A program made the translations under genes and the position numbers. From positions 1 through 18,576 of the forward strand of contig NW_021824449.1 of the NCBI RefSeq assembly GCF_006345805.1: a DNA stretch of 18,576 nucleotides, read 5' to 3'. Of this stretch, positions 17,781 through 18,576 are shown piece after piece; position 1 is the first letter of the stretch; each line of letters begins with the position of its first letter. Source of the stretch: Octopus sinensis. Lineage: Eukaryota. The notes under the pieces were generated by a model that saw only the letters and a program-made list of their open reading frames with translations, was not told the DNA's origin and ran no database searches.

Positions 17781-18129
17781 ATAATAATAGTAATAGTGTA
17801 AATAATATAATAATAATGATGATGATGATGATGTTGATTGATGTTGATAATAAGTAAAAAAATACAGATAAGCTAAAAATAAATAAATAATAAATAAGTA
17901 AAAAATCTCACAAAAAAGAAAATAAGATTATGAGGCGTCTTCAAAGAGTTTTCATCAGATAAAATATTCGTTAAGGAAAATATCCGATGTTAAATGCCAC
18001 ATAACTGAAATATCTTGAAGAGCAAAGACCAACGGCTAGATTTAAATGGCTGACAATAGAGGCGTTTAATAAACAAAAATTCTCAGGTGTGTGTAAGAGG
18101 AAAAAGAAAAAAATCTATGATTCTAGCAT

Positions 18130-18270
18130 CACACACACACACACACACACAAACACAGACACACACGCACACACACACATGTATATGCATGTATGTATGT
18201 ATGCATGTATGTATGTATTGTATGTATGTATGTATGTATGTATGTATGTATGTATGTATGTATGTATGCA
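18130..18270. repeat. (CA)n(TATG)n microsatellite
   Basis: Visible directly. Confidence 0.95.
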
Positions 18271-18273
18271 TTT

Positions 18274-18478
18274 GCGGCTGTGGCTTGTTGGTAAGAAGTT
18301 TGTTTTCCAGCCAAGTGGTCTCGGTTCAGTCCACTGCGTGAGTGCCTTCGATTTTAGCCGGAGTCCCACCAAATCCTTGGGAATGGAGCTGGTAGACAGA
18401 AACTGAGAGTTCAAATGCCGCTGTTTTCCAGCCAAGTGGTCTCGTGTTCAGCCCCACTGCGTGGGGAAGTGTCTTCCA
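18274..18478 (+). mobile_element. Degenerate SINE family B head region with a partial tandem duplication
   Basis: GCTGTGGCTTGTTGGTAAGAAG..GGTTCAGTCCACTGCGTG...GGTAGACAGAAACTGA; GTTTTCCAGCCAAGTGGTCTC recurs at ~18423. Confidence 0.7.
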
Positions 18479-18480
18479 TA

Positions 18481-18540
18481 ACACTTCCATCAGTTAAGAT
18501 CAGAAGCCATGAGAGCCACTGCCTGGTACTGCGTCAGGGG

Positions 18541-18576
<36 letters not shown>
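18481..18576 (+). mobile_element. Truncated family F terminus with (ATT)n tail
   Basis: ACACTTCCATCAGTTAAGATCAGAAGCCATGAGAGCCACTGCCTGGTACTGCGTCAGGGG is the near reverse complement of 16974-17035. Confidence 0.85.

Noticed and set aside
346-18406. Dozens of 60-250 aa ORFs rich in MYVC, HTYI, YIYI, SLSL or poly-E/Y
   Set aside because: They are translations of (TATG)n, (CATA)n, (TA)n, (GA)n, (TTC)n and (AAT)n microsatellites.
1-18576. CRISPR arrays, rRNA or prokaryotic systems
   Set aside because: No repeat-spacer arrays, rRNA-like sequence or gene-dense segments; the window is eukaryotic repeat DNA.

Overview
This 18.6 kb window is AT-rich, non-coding animal DNA made almost entirely of microsatellites and retroelements. 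The tRNA-derived SINE families point to a cephalopod, probably Octopus (my recognition of the repeats, not a database result). No host gene is supported; most track ORFs are translated microsatellite or SINE sequence. Content: about 20 SINE copies or fragments from four families (my labels A, B, E, G), two CR1-type LINE 3' fragments, a ~550 bp element embedded in (AAT)n, and probable mariner, piggyBac-like MITE and Helentron-type remnants. The highlight is a Penelope-like element (PLE) cluster at ~9.9-14.1 kb. It has a YRDD reverse transcriptase relic, a GIY-YIG endonuclease relic, a perfect 51 bp inverted repeat, a ~525 bp foldback, and five minimal type I hammerhead-ribozyme-like motifs (one near intact). 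Family A SINEs also occur as dimer and trimer units within single target-site duplications, and an (AAT)n-linked stack of co-oriented elements spans 16.2-17.8 kb. All alignments and translations were done by eye.
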